From Clostridia bacterium (GTDB taxonomy: Bacteria > Bacillota > Clostridia > Oscillospirales > CAG-272): a stretch of DNA of 64,000 nucleotides. The stretch is from contig JAFVUB010000003.1 of assembly GCA_017502915.1 (NCBI GenBank), positions 118,506 to 182,505 of the forward strand, given 5' to 3'. A program made the position numbers and the translations under genes. Position 1 is the first letter of the stretch. Every line of letters starts with the position of its first letter. Shown here piece after piece: positions 8,426 through 17,943 of the stretch. The notes under the pieces are model-generated. The model had not been told where the DNA came from. It searched no databases and saw nothing but the letters and a program-made list of their open reading frames with translations.

Positions 8426-8471
8426 CTTGACATGCATGGGGTCATTGGTTCGATTCCAATTGTCTCCACCA
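8426..8471 (+). tRNA. 3' half of tRNA-Val(GAC), forming prophage attR (not a complete tRNA)
   Basis: CTTGACAT anticodon loop, GCATG, T-arm ATTGG-TTCGATT-CCAAT, acceptor strand TGTCTCC-A-CCA; 5' half absent. Confidence 0.9.
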
Positions 8472-8508
8472 AAAAAACAAGCAACCCAATCGGGTTGCTT
8501 GTTTTTTA
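8472..8508 (+). terminator. Intrinsic terminator of the original tRNA locus
   Basis: AAACAAGCAACCC-aatc-GGGTTGCTTGTTTTTT. Confidence 0.85.
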
Positions 8509-8525
8509 TCCGATTTATCGAAAAT

Positions 8526-8560
8526 AATAAGCACCGCGCGTCTGCGCGGTGCTTATTTTT
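8526..8560 (-). terminator. Terminator after rpmA
   Basis: AATAAGCACCGCGC-gtct-GCGCGGTGCTTATT. Confidence 0.8.
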
Positions 8561-8568
8561 CTTTAAGC

Positions 8569-8847
8569 TTACTCAGCGATAACGCTGACCTGCTTCTTGT
8601 CCTTTGTCTTATAGCTGAACTTGACCTTACCGTCGGTCAGTGCAAACAGGGTATAGTCCTTACCCATGCCAACACCCTCTCCGGCGACAATAGTCGAGCC
8701 ACGCTGTCTGAGGATAATGTTTCCGGCAATGACGTGCGCACCGTCAGACTTCTTAACGCCCAGGCGCTTCGATTCACTGTCGCGTCCGTTCTTGGTCGAA
8801 CCAACACCCTTTTTATGTGCAAAGAACTGTAAACCGAGTCTCAACAT
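8569..8847 (-). CDS. rpmA: 50S ribosomal protein L27 with Prp-cleaved N-terminal extension
   Basis: [24 protein letters not shown]. Confidence 0.98.
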   Translation of the reverse strand: MLRLGLQFFAHKKGVGSTKNGRDSESKRLGVKKSDGAHVIAGNIILRQRGSTIVAGEGVGMGKDYTLFALTDGKVKFSYKTKDKKQVSVIAE

Positions 8848-8878
8848 CGTGTGTGTTACCTCCATAATAATTTGCGGA

Positions 8879-9238
8879 TCACTCGTAATCTACGTCGATT
8901 ACCTCGACCTCAAGGTTGTCATAATACTCTTCAAGCAGATCGTTCAGCTGATAATAATATCCGCAGAACAGGCCGGACACCGCATATCTCTTGCGTTCGT
9001 CGCTCTCGTATTCGGCAAGCGCCGCCTTGGAGCGAACCTTTATCTCGGTTGCACCCTCGTTGACCTCATATTCAACGTCCGATGCATACGCGACCTCGAT
9101 AGTATTAACTATCAGCATCGTCATAGACGACAGCGCCGCGCAGAGAATGTCCTCCCCTGCCTCACCGTATCCGGTGTGTCCCTTTTCCTCAAAGCCGTAG
9201 AAGCTTCCGCCGCTTCTGTAAAATTTGATCTTAGTCAT
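8879..9238 (-). CDS. prp: Ribosomal-processing cysteine protease Prp
   Basis: GHTGY...DILCAALS; between rplU and rpmA. Confidence 0.93.
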   Translation of the reverse strand: MTKIKFYRSGGSFYGFEEKGHTGYGEAGEDILCAALSSMTMLIVNTIEVAYASDVEYEVNEGATEIKVRSKAALAEYESDERKRYAVSGLFCGYYYQLNDLLEEYYDNLEVEVIDVDYE

Positions 9239-9549
9239 TATGCTTCGATGGTAGCAATCTGGACCTTAGTGTAAGGCTGTCTGTGACCCATCTTCTTCTT
9301 CTCGTTCTTCTTGGGCTTGTACTTAAGAACGTAGATCTTCTTGCCCTTGCCGTTCTTCAGAACGTTGGCAGTGACCTTTGCACCCTCGACAACGGGAGTT
9401 CCGATCTTCAGACCGTCATTTGCGGAAACAGCCATAACGCGGTCAAAAGTTACGGTTTCACCCTCGGCAACATCAAGCTTCTCGATGAAGATAATGTCAC
9501 CCTCGTTGACCTTGTACTGCTTTCCGCCGGTTTCGATAATAGCAAACAC
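9238..9549 (-). CDS. rplU: 50S ribosomal protein L21
   Basis: GTG start; [13 protein letters not shown]...GHRQPYT. Confidence 0.98.
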   Translation of the reverse strand: MFAIIETGGKQYKVNEGDIIFIEKLDVAEGETVTFDRVMAVSANDGLKIGTPVVEGAKVTANVLKNGKGKKIYVLKYKPKKNEKKKMGHRQPYTKVQIATIEA

Positions 9550-9554
9550 GGAAA

Positions 9555-9668
9555 TGTACCTCTCTTTCTCAAAGTCTCGCTGAGTACGGTGGCGGAAATT
9601 TCCGCGCTTAGAGGAACCGAACAATCATGCGGCAGTATATTATATCACGATTCACTTGACATTGTCAA
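9555..9668 (-). promoter_or_regulatory. rplU promoter and probable L21 leader
   Basis: TTGACA (9668-9663)-18 bp-TATAAT with extended TG; structured ~80-nt leader containing a GCGGAAATTTCCGC hairpin. Confidence 0.6.
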
Positions 9669-9795
9669 GCGTTTTCTTACTTATTTTTCATCTTTTTTCG
9701 AGATTTTTTATTCTGTGGAAGAATAAATCTCGGCAAGGCTACACTTTGTGTAAAATACGGGGTCGCAAAAACAGGTTTTTTATCAAAAATTACGC

Positions 9796-9824
9796 TTGAA
9801 ATGCACTGCCCCGTGTGGTATAAT
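9796..9824 (+). promoter_or_regulatory. SigA promoter
   Basis: TTGAAA-17 bp-TATAAT with extended TG. Confidence 0.7.
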
Positions 9825-9871
9825 GTTTCCAATATAATTCCGTGAGTAGAATTAAGGAAAGGAAAATCACC

Positions 9872-11002
9872 ATGAAAAGATCCATCAAAGAAGCTTTCAA
9901 CTCTCGAATGAAGCTATACTTCATCGACGCTATGGGCGCTATGGCGCTCGGTCTGTTCGCGTCCTTGCTGATCGGAACCATCTTTGGAACGCTTGCGACC
10001 TACACCAAGCTTGAGTTTCTGAATACGATAGCCGGATACGCGAAGGCGGCAACCGGTATGGCGATCGGTGTTGCTATCGCGTATAAGCTTTCGGCTCACC
10101 CTCTGGTCATCTTCTCTTGCGCGGCGGTCGGCGCTATGTCAAACGCTATGGGCGCTATCATCGCAAGCAACGGCGGCACGATCGTCAAGTGGGCGGCTAC
10201 CGCCTCCGACGGATCGGGCATCTTCTACGCCGCAGGTCCTGCCGGTGCCTTCTTCGCCGTTATAATCGCCACTGAGATCGGTATGCTGGTCTCGAAAAAG
10301 ACCAAGGTCGACATACTCGTCACTCCGGTCGTCACTCTTATTGCGGGATTTGCCGCGAGCTGGCTGCTCTGCCCGCTGGTCTCGTACGTTATGTTCTATC
10401 TCGGCAACTTTATCGCCCTTGCAACCACCTTCCAGCCCATTCTTATGGGAATCGTTATCTCGGTGGTAATGGGAATAATACTTACACTTCCTATCTCAAG
10501 CGCTGCCATTTGCAGCATGATTTTCTCTGCCGACGCTCTCGTTGCGGCGGCTCTCAACGGAACTGCCGAGGGTCTGCTTCTCGCAGGCGGCGCGGCAGCG
10601 GTCGGTTGCTGTGCACAGATGGTTGGCTTTGCTGTCATCTCCTTCCGCGAAAACAAATGGGGCGGCATCGTTTCGCAGGGACTCGGAACCTCTATGCTCC
10701 AGATGGGTAACATCTGCAAGAATCCCCGCATCTGGCTTCCTCCGATCATCGCCTCGGCGATAACCGGTCCTCTTGCAACCACCGTTTTCAGCCTTAAATG
10801 CTCGGGTGTTGCCGCCGGTATGGGTACTTGCGGTCTCGTCGGTCCCATCGGCATCATCGACGCAACCGGAACCGGCGCGACTATGTGGGTAGGTCTCGTG
10901 CTGCTCTGCGTCGTTGCCCCCGCCCTTCTCTCGCTTGTCTTCAGCGAGCTGCTTCGCAAGCTCGGCTGGATCAAAGAAGGAGATCTCAAGCTCGAAAACT
11001 GA
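9872..11002 (+). CDS. PTS IIC-like membrane protein (PTS_EIIC_2 / PfoR family)
   Basis: MALGLFASLLIGTI, TLPISSAAI, QGLGTSMLQ and GMGTCGLVG motifs. Confidence 0.85.
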   Translation: MKRSIKEAFNSRMKLYFIDAMGAMALGLFASLLIGTIFGTLATYTKLEFLNTIAGYAKAATGMAIGVAIAYKLSAHPLVIFSCAAVGAMSNAMGAIIASNGGTIVKWAATASDGSGIFYAAGPAGAFFAVIIATEIGMLVSKKTKVDILVTPVVTLIAGFAASWLLCPLVSYVMFYLGNFIALATTFQPILMGIVISVVMGIILTLPISSAAICSMIFSADALVAAALNGTAEGLLLAGGAAAVGCCAQMVGFAVISFRENKWGGIVSQGLGTSMLQMGNICKNPRIWLPPIIASAITGPLATTVFSLKCSGVAAGMGTCGLVGPIGIIDATGTGATMWVGLVLLCVVAPALLSLVFSELLRKLGWIKEGDLKLEN

Positions 11003-11006
11003 ACCG

Positions 11007-11040
11007 AACGGAACGCGTTTTCACGACGCGTTCCGTTTTT
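11007..11040 (+). terminator. Intrinsic terminator
   Basis: AACGGAACGCGT...ACGCGTTCCGTTTTT. Confidence 0.8.
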
Positions 11041-11085
11041 ACTACAAAAATATTATATATTGCCAAAATATTTTTTGAAAAACCC

Positions 11086-11223
11086 TTTACATACAGAAAA
11101 TAGTGTGCTATAATACATTCTGTATGACGCTGACCCGGACTGCGGATATAATGCCGAGATATCGGTACTTCACCCACCGCCGCCTGAGATTGCGCCAAAT
11201 AAAAAAAGAAAGGTGAAAAACCA
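11086..11223 (+). promoter_or_regulatory. rpsO promoter and probable S15 autoregulatory leader
   Basis: TTTACA-17 bp-TATAAT at 11086-11114; ~100-nt structured leader. Confidence 0.6.
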
Positions 11224-11487
11224 ATGCTTAAGGATCAGAAGCAGGCAATTATTGACCAGTACAAGACTCACGAGGGCGACACCGGCTCGCCTGAGGTTCA
11301 GATCGCGATACTCACCTATCGCATCAACAGCCTCACCGAGCACCTCAAGGTGAACCACAAGGATCACCACAGCCGTCGCGGACTTCTCAAGATGGTCGGT
11401 CACAGAAGAAACCTCCTTGCATATCTGCAGAAGGTTGACATCGAGCGTTACCGTTCCATCATCGAAAAGCTCGGAATCAGAAAGTAA
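11224..11487 (+). CDS. rpsO: 30S ribosomal protein S15
   Basis: [13 protein letters not shown]...[13 protein letters not shown]. Confidence 0.98.
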   Translation: MLKDQKQAIIDQYKTHEGDTGSPEVQIAILTYRINSLTEHLKVNHKDHHSRRGLLKMVGHRRNLLAYLQKVDIERYRSIIEKLGIRK

Positions 11488-11549
11488 TTGCTTCGGAGTG
11501 AGTGGTGGTTTTTTCCTACCCCTCACTCCAAAATCTTATTTTTACAATC

Positions 11550-11628
11550 TACCCACGCCGATTAGCAGTTACTCATGCGTCGGACAAGCAGTTTCCGATG
11601 TTTGAGTAAGTGCTAAACTCCGTGGGTA
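11550..11628 (+). promoter_or_regulatory. Long hairpin in pnp leader (probable RNase III / autoregulation element)
   Basis: TACCCACG...TTAGCA...TTACTCA pairing with TGAGTAA...TGCTAA...CGTGGGTA. Confidence 0.6.
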
Positions 11629-11654
11629 AGAAAATATATTACGGAGGAACAGAA

Positions 11655-13838
11655 ATGTTCGAGAATTACAAGAAGTTCACTTATGAATTTGCCGGCCGCC
11701 CTCTCGTTGTCGAGACCGGTAAAATGGCTCAGCTTGCAAACGGCTCCTGCCTCGTTCGCTACGGCGACACCTCTCTGCTCTGCTGTGCAACCGCATCGTC
11801 CAAGTCCCGTGACGGAATCGATTTTCTCCCCCTGTCGGTTGACTTTGAAGAGAGAATGTACGCCGCCGGTAAGATCCCGGGTGGTTACTTCCGCCGTGAA
11901 GGCAAGCCCTCCGAGAAGGCTATTCTGACCTCGCGCGTCATCGACCGCCCCGTCCGTCCTCTCTTCCCGAAGGACCTTCGCAACGACGTTGCCCTTTCGC
12001 TGACCGTTATGTCGGTCGACCCCGACTGCTCGCCTGAAATCACCGCTATGGTTGGTGCTTCTATCGCCCTTTCTATCTCGGATATTCCGTGGAACGGCCC
12101 GATCGGTGGCGTTTTCATGGGTCTTTGCGACGGAGAGCTGGTCGTTAACCCCACCGCCGCTCAGCGCGCCGTTTCCGACCTTGAGCTGACCGTTGCCGCC
12201 TCTTCCGAGAAGGTCGTTATGATCGAGGCAGGTGCTAACGAGGTTGACGACGAGACTATGTTCGCGGCTATCATGAAGGCCCACGAGGAGATCAAGGACC
12301 TGCTCGTCTTCATCAACGGCATCGTCGCCGAGATCGGCAAGCCCAAGTTCAGCTATCCCTCGGGAGAGCTTGATCACGATATGTTCGACAAGATCTTCGC
12401 TTTCTGCGAGAAGGATCTTATGTTCGCTCTCGACACCGACGACAAGACCGTTCGTGACGCCCGTATGGTTCCGATCACCGACGCGATCGTTGAGAACTTC
12501 GGTGAGGAGTATCCCGACCTTGACGTCATGATGCCCGAGCTTATCTACAAGCTCCAGAAGAAGATCGTTCGCCGTTGGCTCATCGACGACGGTAAGCGCG
12601 TTGACGGTCGTGCTATCGACCAGATGAGACCCCTTGCCGCCGAGGTTGGTATCCTGCCTCGCGTTCACGGTTCGGGTATGTTCACTCGCGGACAGACTCA
12701 GGTCATCACATTTGCAACTCTCGGAACTCTCAAGGAGTCCCAGGAGCTTGACGGCATCGATGACGACAAAGAAAAGAGATATATGCATCACTACAATATG
12801 CCCGGATACTCGGTCGGTGAAGCAAAGCCTACCAGAAGCCCCGGCAGACGTGAGATCGGTCACGGCGCACTTGCAGAGCGCGCTCTCGTTCCGGTCCTCC
12901 CCTCCGAGAAGGAGTTCCCCTATGCTATCCGCCTCGTTTCCGAGGTCATCTCGTCGAACGGCTCGACCTCGCAGGCTTCTATCTGCGGCTCGACCCTCGC
13001 TCTTATGGACGCCGGCGTTCCGATCAAGGCTCCGGTTGCAGGTATCTCCTGCGGTCTTATCACCCGTGACGACGGAAGCTTCATGACCATGGTCGATATC
13101 CAGGGTGTTGAGGACTTCTACGGCGATATGGACTTCAAGGTTGCCGGAACTCACAAGGGTATCACTGCTATCCAGATGGACCTTAAGGTCGACGGTCTTA
13201 CTCCCGAGATCATTAAAGAAGCTCTCCACAAGACCCACGTTGCCCGTGACTATATACTCGACGAGATCATGCTCCCCGCAATCCCCGCTCCCCGCGAGGA
13301 CGTTTCGGAGTGGGCTCCCAAGATGATCTCGATGACCATCAAGCCCGAGAAGATCCGTGAGGTCATCGGTAAGGGCGGCGAGGTAATTCAGAAGATCTGC
13401 GCCGATACCAACTCCAAGATCGACATTCAGGACGACGGCTCGATCTTCATCGCTGCCGTTAACCGCGACGATGCTTACGCCGCCAAGGCACGCATCGACG
13501 CTATCGTCTTCGAGCCTGTTGAGGGTGCTATCTACACCGGTACCGTTACCAACATCAAGGAGTTCGGTTGCTTCGTTGAGTACGCTCCCGGCCGCGAGGG
13601 AATGGTCCACATCTCGAGAATCACCGACCACAGAATCGACAAGGTTGAGGACGTTCTCAAGCTTGGCGACGTTGTTAACGTAAAGTATATCGGTCTCGAC
13701 TCCAAGGGCAGAATGGACTTCTCTATCCGCGATGCAATGCCCGGCGCTCCCGAGCGTCCCGAGAAAAGCGAGCGTTCCGAGAAGAGCGACCGCCCGAGAA
13801 AGAGATTTGACAGAAAAGACAGAAAGTCTGACAAATAA
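11655..13838 (+). CDS. pnp: Polyribonucleotide nucleotidyltransferase
   Basis: RREIGHG, SNGSTSQAS, GDMDFKVAGT; KH and S1 domains. Confidence 0.98.
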   Translation: MFENYKKFTYEFAGRPLVVETGKMAQLANGSCLVRYGDTSLLCCATASSKSRDGIDFLPLSVDFEERMYAAGKIPGGYFRREGKPSEKAILTSRVIDRPVRPLFPKDLRNDVALSLTVMSVDPDCSPEITAMVGASIALSISDIPWNGPIGGVFMGLCDGELVVNPTAAQRAVSDLELTVAASSEKVVMIEAGANEVDDETMFAAIMKAHEEIKDLLVFINGIVAEIGKPKFSYPSGELDHDMFDKIFAFCEKDLMFALDTDDKTVRDARMVPITDAIVENFGEEYPDLDVMMPELIYKLQKKIVRRWLIDDGKRVDGRAIDQMRPLAAEVGILPRVHGSGMFTRGQTQVITFATLGTLKESQELDGIDDDKEKRYMHHYNMPGYSVGEAKPTRSPGRREIGHGALAERALVPVLPSEKEFPYAIRLVSEVISSNGSTSQASICGSTLALMDAGVPIKAPVAGISCGLITRDDGSFMTMVDIQGVEDFYGDMDFKVAGTHKGITAIQMDLKVDGLTPEIIKEALHKTHVARDYILDEIMLPAIPAPREDVSEWAPKMISMTIKPEKIREVIGKGGEVIQKICADTNSKIDIQDDGSIFIAAVNRDDAYAAKARIDAIVFEPVEGAIYTGTVTNIKEFGCFVEYAPGREGMVHISRITDHRIDKVEDVLKLGDVVNVKYIGLDSKGRMDFSIRDAMPGAPERPEKSERSEKSDRPRKRFDRKDRKSDK

Positions 13839-13880
13839 GTAATATAAAAGCTTAAACTTTGATCCGAAGGAGGAAACACG

Positions 13881-14852
13881 ATGAACGAAAACGACGGAAC
13901 CCGTAGCTTCGACACACTGCGCCCTGAACCCAAAAAGCCGACGCAGAGTCTGAAGAAGGCACCGGATCTCAAAAAGATCATTACCATATCTATTTTTGCG
14001 GTATTGACGGCAATAATTCTGCTTTTCTGCGGAATCATTATCGCAGAGGTTGCTTATAAGTTCGGGGCCGACGTCAAGTACACCACCATCTCCGTTCCCT
14101 CCTCGGATATCAAAAAGGGCGACCTCTTGATAGTTAACAAGGCGAACGGACTCGACGCGTCGGTTGCTTCGTCGGTTAACGGAAAGCTTGAAAACGTTTA
14201 CCGCTACAATTCGGAGCTCAAGAAGGAAAATCTCGACCTCGTTATTCATTACGGTTACCGTGACACCGGTGCGATATCTCTGTTGCCCGAGGTCATCGAG
14301 GCCTTCAACAGAATGACGACCGACCTTTATAACGAGACCGGCTGCGACGACATTCTTCTCGCATACGGACACCTCACGCCGAAGGCAAACACGCTTGAGG
14401 TCGATTATCCGCATCAGCTGGGAACGACGCTTGACATTAAGCTTTCGGTTGACGGAGAGACCTTGAGACTTTCAAAGAACGCGACCGTTTACACCTGGTT
14501 GCTCAACAATGCACACAAGTACGGCTTCGTTAACTCCGACCCGAATGAAACGGTACACGGCACCGACGAGCTCGTGCCCTCCACTCAGTTCAGATACATT
14601 GGTATTCCACACGCGACATACATTGCCGAAAGCGAAACGATCAGCAATTTTGAGCAGTACGTTGCCGAGCTGAGAAACACTTACAACTCCCCCTCAAAGC
14701 CTCTCATAGTTGAGTCGGGTTCGAACACCTACTCGGTCTACTACGTTACGGCAGCCGAGGGAGACACGGTAAGCATTCAGATCCCCGAAAACTACGAGTA
14801 TAGCCTTTCGGGCGACAACTCGAACGGATTTATTGTCACCGTGCACAGATAA
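13881..14852 (+). CDS. Membrane-anchored VanY/LdcB (M15B) carboxypeptidase-like protein with degenerate active site
   Basis: LLIVNK, PHQLGTTLDI, WLLNNAHKYGF, FRYIGIPHA; EPWH motif missing. Confidence 0.75.
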   Translation: MNENDGTRSFDTLRPEPKKPTQSLKKAPDLKKIITISIFAVLTAIILLFCGIIIAEVAYKFGADVKYTTISVPSSDIKKGDLLIVNKANGLDASVASSVNGKLENVYRYNSELKKENLDLVIHYGYRDTGAISLLPEVIEAFNRMTTDLYNETGCDDILLAYGHLTPKANTLEVDYPHQLGTTLDIKLSVDGETLRLSKNATVYTWLLNNAHKYGFVNSDPNETVHGTDELVPSTQFRYIGIPHATYIAESETISNFEQYVAELRNTYNSPSKPLIVESGSNTYSVYYVTAAEGDTVSIQIPENYEYSLSGDNSNGFIVTVHR

Positions 14853-14867
14853 TTGCATAAAAAAGCC

Positions 14868-14902
14868 AATAACGGACACCCTAACGGTGTCCGTTATTTT
14901 TA
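14868..14902 (+). terminator. Intrinsic terminator
   Basis: AATAACGGACACC-ctaac-GGTGTCCGTTATTTTT. Confidence 0.85.
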
Positions 14903-14917
14903 TTATTCGGAGGCAAT

Positions 14918-16048
14918 ATGTCAAAACAAAATCGCGCCGACACCGAAGCTGAACAGTTTTTTATAATTCGCGAGCGCCTTTCGGTCTCGTCAAACCACCG
15001 TGCAGCGCAACTGACTCTTGCTGCTTTTTTAGCCTGCTTCATCACGGTCTTCGGCGTTCTTATATATCTGCTGCCGCAAAAAAGCTTTTCGGCAAATGAA
15101 AACCGCCTGCTTTCCAAGCTTCCCTCACCCGAGCTTCAAAGCATAACGAGCGGTAGCTACACAAGCCGACTTGCCGAATTTTATTCCGATCAGTTCCCTC
15201 TTCGCGATGCTTTTATCTCCGTGGCATCTTACGGGGACGTCCTGCTCGGACGAAGAGAGGCAAACAACGTCGTTCTTCTTGAGAACGGTGCTCTCGCCGA
15301 ACGAAAGCCCCTGACCGTCAGCGGCCAGCGAAACCTAAACTCTGCGCTCGATGCCATAGAGCGATTAAAGAACGGCTTTACGGTCGACTCGGTCGTTGCA
15401 ATAGTACCCGACGCGCTCTCGGCAAGCTCAAGCGCCGTTGCGAGCTATTCGGTGGCGGAAAACGCTAATGTTTTGTGCCTTTCGACCCATATTGACGGAG
15501 CATATTTTAAGACCGATCATCACCTCACCGCATACGGTGCTTACAAGGTTTATTCCGTGCTCGGTGACGTGTTGGGGTACGAGCCATATGCCGAAGAAGA
15601 GTTCACTCGAGAAACGGTATCAACCGAGTTTCTCGGTACGGCGTGGTCGCGCTCCGGTCTTTATCTGCATCCCGCCGAAGAGCTGGAGCTTTGGAGATAC
15701 GAGGGCGACGAAGCCTTTTCCGTGTCCGGAGACCTTGATCAAAAGGGCTTTTACGATTTTTCAAAGCTCGAGCAAAAGGATAAATATGCGGTTTTTTTCG
15801 GCGGAAATCACGGATATATGGAAATATCGAACGGCGGCGAAAAGCCGTGTCTTTTAGTTATCAAGGATAGCTTTGCAAACGCCTTGCTTCCCTTTTTGGC
15901 TCGACATTTCGAGCTTTGTGTTGTCGATCCTCGGTATTTCAACGGCGATCTGACCGAAATTGCCGATCATTGCGACGGCGTTCTTTTCTTTTACGGTATC
16001 AACTCCTTGGTCAGTGATCGCGATCTGGTCAGACTTACACTTCGATAA
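14918..16048 (+). CDS. DHHW-family (AlgJ-like) O-acetyltransferase component
   Basis: ENRLL, DQFPLRD, FKTDHHL, IKDSFAN. Confidence 0.85.
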   Translation: MSKQNRADTEAEQFFIIRERLSVSSNHRAAQLTLAAFLACFITVFGVLIYLLPQKSFSANENRLLSKLPSPELQSITSGSYTSRLAEFYSDQFPLRDAFISVASYGDVLLGRREANNVVLLENGALAERKPLTVSGQRNLNSALDAIERLKNGFTVDSVVAIVPDALSASSSAVASYSVAENANVLCLSTHIDGAYFKTDHHLTAYGAYKVYSVLGDVLGYEPYAEEEFTRETVSTEFLGTAWSRSGLYLHPAEELELWRYEGDEAFSVSGDLDQKGFYDFSKLEQKDKYAVFFGGNHGYMEISNGGEKPCLLVIKDSFANALLPFLARHFELCVVDPRYFNGDLTEIADHCDGVLFFYGINSLVSDRDLVRLTLR

Positions 16049-16082
16049 AAAAAGCAGACCGGCTGTGTCGGTCTGCTTTATG

Positions 16083-17171
16083 TTACCATTTATCGCTTTC
16101 GTCGTCGGGAATAACGGCTTTAAGAGCGGCAATCGCGCACTCGATCATACCGTCATCCGGTTCTTTAGTGGTGATTCTCTGCATCCAAAGCCCGGGTGCG
16201 GAAAGTATTCTCGTAAAGAGATTATCGTGTCGTCCGGCAAGTCTTATACACTCGTATCCGACTCCCGCCATAAGGGGCAACAGGATTATGGCAATTACGG
16301 TTCTTATAAGCGTGAACAGTGCCTTTGAAGCAAGTATCGCCTCAGGAAGCACGGCGCGGAGCAATATACCGATCGGTATCATTATCACCACGCTGACGAT
16401 GATAGTGACAAACAAAAACGATGTTCCGCAACGGGGATGATAGCGACGCTGTTCTCTGACGTTCTCAACCGTCAGCTCAAGTCCCTTTTCATAGCAGAAA
16501 ATGGATTTATGCTCGGCGCCGTGGTACATAAAGGTTCGTTTGATGTCCTTCATGAGCATAACGGCTGACATATACGCCACCAGGATGACGACCTTGATCG
16601 CGCCCGAGATAACTGTCAATAGTATCGGATGGTCTATCGCGGCGTTCTTTCCGAGGATCAGCGTGCTCAAAAAGGTGGGCAGATAGATAAAGAGCAAAAC
16701 GGCAAGAGCCACGCCCAAAACCATACTGATAGCCATAACTCCGTTGGTAAACGCCGAGCTTCCCTTCTTTTCTTCGTCCTTTTCTTCTACCGCCTCGGTA
16801 TCCTGCGGCAGGGTCATTCCCTTTTTAGCGGCTTTTTTCTCCGCCTTCTTGCGCTTCTTTTCCGCCTTTTCGCGAGCAAGCTCCGCCTCCGCCTCTTCAA
16901 GTCCGGATATCTCTGCCGAGCGCATCAGGCATTTATAGCCGAGCCCCATAGAATCGATAAGATTAAATATTCCGCGGAAAAAGGGCAGCTTCGTTATCTT
17001 AGCTCTCTGCTTAGTAACGTTATCCCAATCCTCAAGAACGATTTCTCCTTCGGGATTTCTGACAGCCATAGCCGTCTTTTTCGGGCCTCGCATCATGATT
17101 CCCTCAAGTAGTGCCTGCCCCCCTATAGACGTCTTTTTGCAGGGCGAGCAATTTTTGTTTTCGTTATTCAA
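16083..17171 (-). CDS. DUF1385 (YqhQ) membrane protein
   Basis: IGGQALLEGIMMR, YHGAEHK, HPRCGTSF; TTG start after GGAGG. Confidence 0.9.
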   Translation of the reverse strand: MNNENKNCSPCKKTSIGGQALLEGIMMRGPKKTAMAVRNPEGEIVLEDWDNVTKQRAKITKLPFFRGIFNLIDSMGLGYKCLMRSAEISGLEEAEAELAREKAEKKRKKAEKKAAKKGMTLPQDTEAVEEKDEEKKGSSAFTNGVMAISMVLGVALAVLLFIYLPTFLSTLILGKNAAIDHPILLTVISGAIKVVILVAYMSAVMLMKDIKRTFMYHGAEHKSIFCYEKGLELTVENVREQRRYHPRCGTSFLFVTIIVSVVIMIPIGILLRAVLPEAILASKALFTLIRTVIAIILLPLMAGVGYECIRLAGRHDNLFTRILSAPGLWMQRITTKEPDDGMIECAIAALKAVIPDDESDKW

Positions 17172-17235
17172 AAGATTTGCCTCCAAATACAATATATAGA
17201 TATTATAGCTCGCAATTATTAACTCTGCATGAATA

Positions 17236-17505
17236 TCACGAATTATTTTTTACAATATAATCAATAAACATCGCTCCGCCGAGCAAAATCGCAAGGCTTA
17301 TCATTATGTATTCGAACATCGGCGGGTAAACCGATAGCACGTAGCCGGGAGAGCTTTGAATATCGGGAAGTAGACGCGCGAGCAAAACGAGCGCCTCTAC
17401 AATGATAACCGGCAATCCACCAAGCAGAAGTAATACCGACGGCTTCGAAAGCTCGAGAACACACCTTTTGAAACTGTATTTCTTTCTTTTTCGATTTCTT
17501 TTCAC
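17236..17505 (-). CDS. Hypothetical 2-TM membrane protein
   Basis: Basic N-terminus, two hydrophobic helices, RBS AGGTAGG. Confidence 0.6.
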   Translation of the reverse strand: MKRNRKRKKYSFKRCVLELSKPSVLLLLGGLPVIIVEALVLLARLLPDIQSSPGYVLSVYPPMFEYIMISLAILLGGAMFIDYIVKNNS

Positions 17506-17661
17506 GGCGTCACCTACCTTTCTCTCTTATTTTATCATATATCTGCGCCGCAGTCCAGCGGTAATATCTGCCTTATTTCGCGTTTTTTCTTAATCGAACG
17601 CACTTTTTGTTTGTATTATAATGGTTATAGACCAAAATTCGACAAACAAGGAGACTTTGTT

Positions 17662-17943
17662 ATGATTTCAGACAAAAATTTTTCCATAACGTCGGTGATC
17701 CGTTTAGAGCGTCGCGTCTATTCGGTCGGCAAGCTTCGACTTATATCGGGACTGTATATGATAAAGCTTGACGACGGGCAAAGGTTTGCCGTCGCTTTGT
17801 CGGACGGCGACGACGTCGTACACCGTGTCCTCACTTCATATAGCGATGCGAGCTGTCTCTTTGAAACGGTATGTGATGCTGAAGTTGACACAGCATCCTT
17901 CGACGGCGTCGCTGACGACCTTCTATACAACAATATCTTGTGA
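17662..17943 (+). CDS. Hypothetical protein (possibly DUF6514-like)
   Basis: RBS AAGGAG; C-terminal pattern LFETVCDAEVDTASFDGVADDLL. Confidence 0.55.
   Translation: MISDKNFSITSVIRLERRVYSVGKLRLISGLYMIKLDDGQRFAVALSDGDDVVHRVLTSYSDASCLFETVCDAEVDTASFDGVADDLLYNNIL

Larger units (their letters stand above)
1..8471. mobile_element. Temperate prophage, right end (replication, recombination and lysogeny modules; continues beyond left edge)
   Basis: Phage replication and recombination genes, divergent cro/cI, ImmA, tyrosine integrase and a tRNA 3' fragment (attR); host ribosomal genes start immediately after. Confidence 0.95.

Noticed and set aside
8421-8471. Functional tRNA-Val gene
   Set aside because: The acceptor 5' strand, D-arm and 5' anticodon stem are missing; it is the att duplicate
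8569-9238. L27 extension and Prp as a novelty
   Set aside because: Well-described Firmicutes feature
13745-13835. Repeat at the pnp 3' end (CCGAGAA..AGCGA)
   Set aside because: Low-complexity charged protein tail (ERPEKSERSEKSDR), not an array
11613-14414. 933-aa minus-strand ORF
   Set aside because: Antisense shadow of pnp and the next gene, explained by strong codon bias; no motifs or RBS
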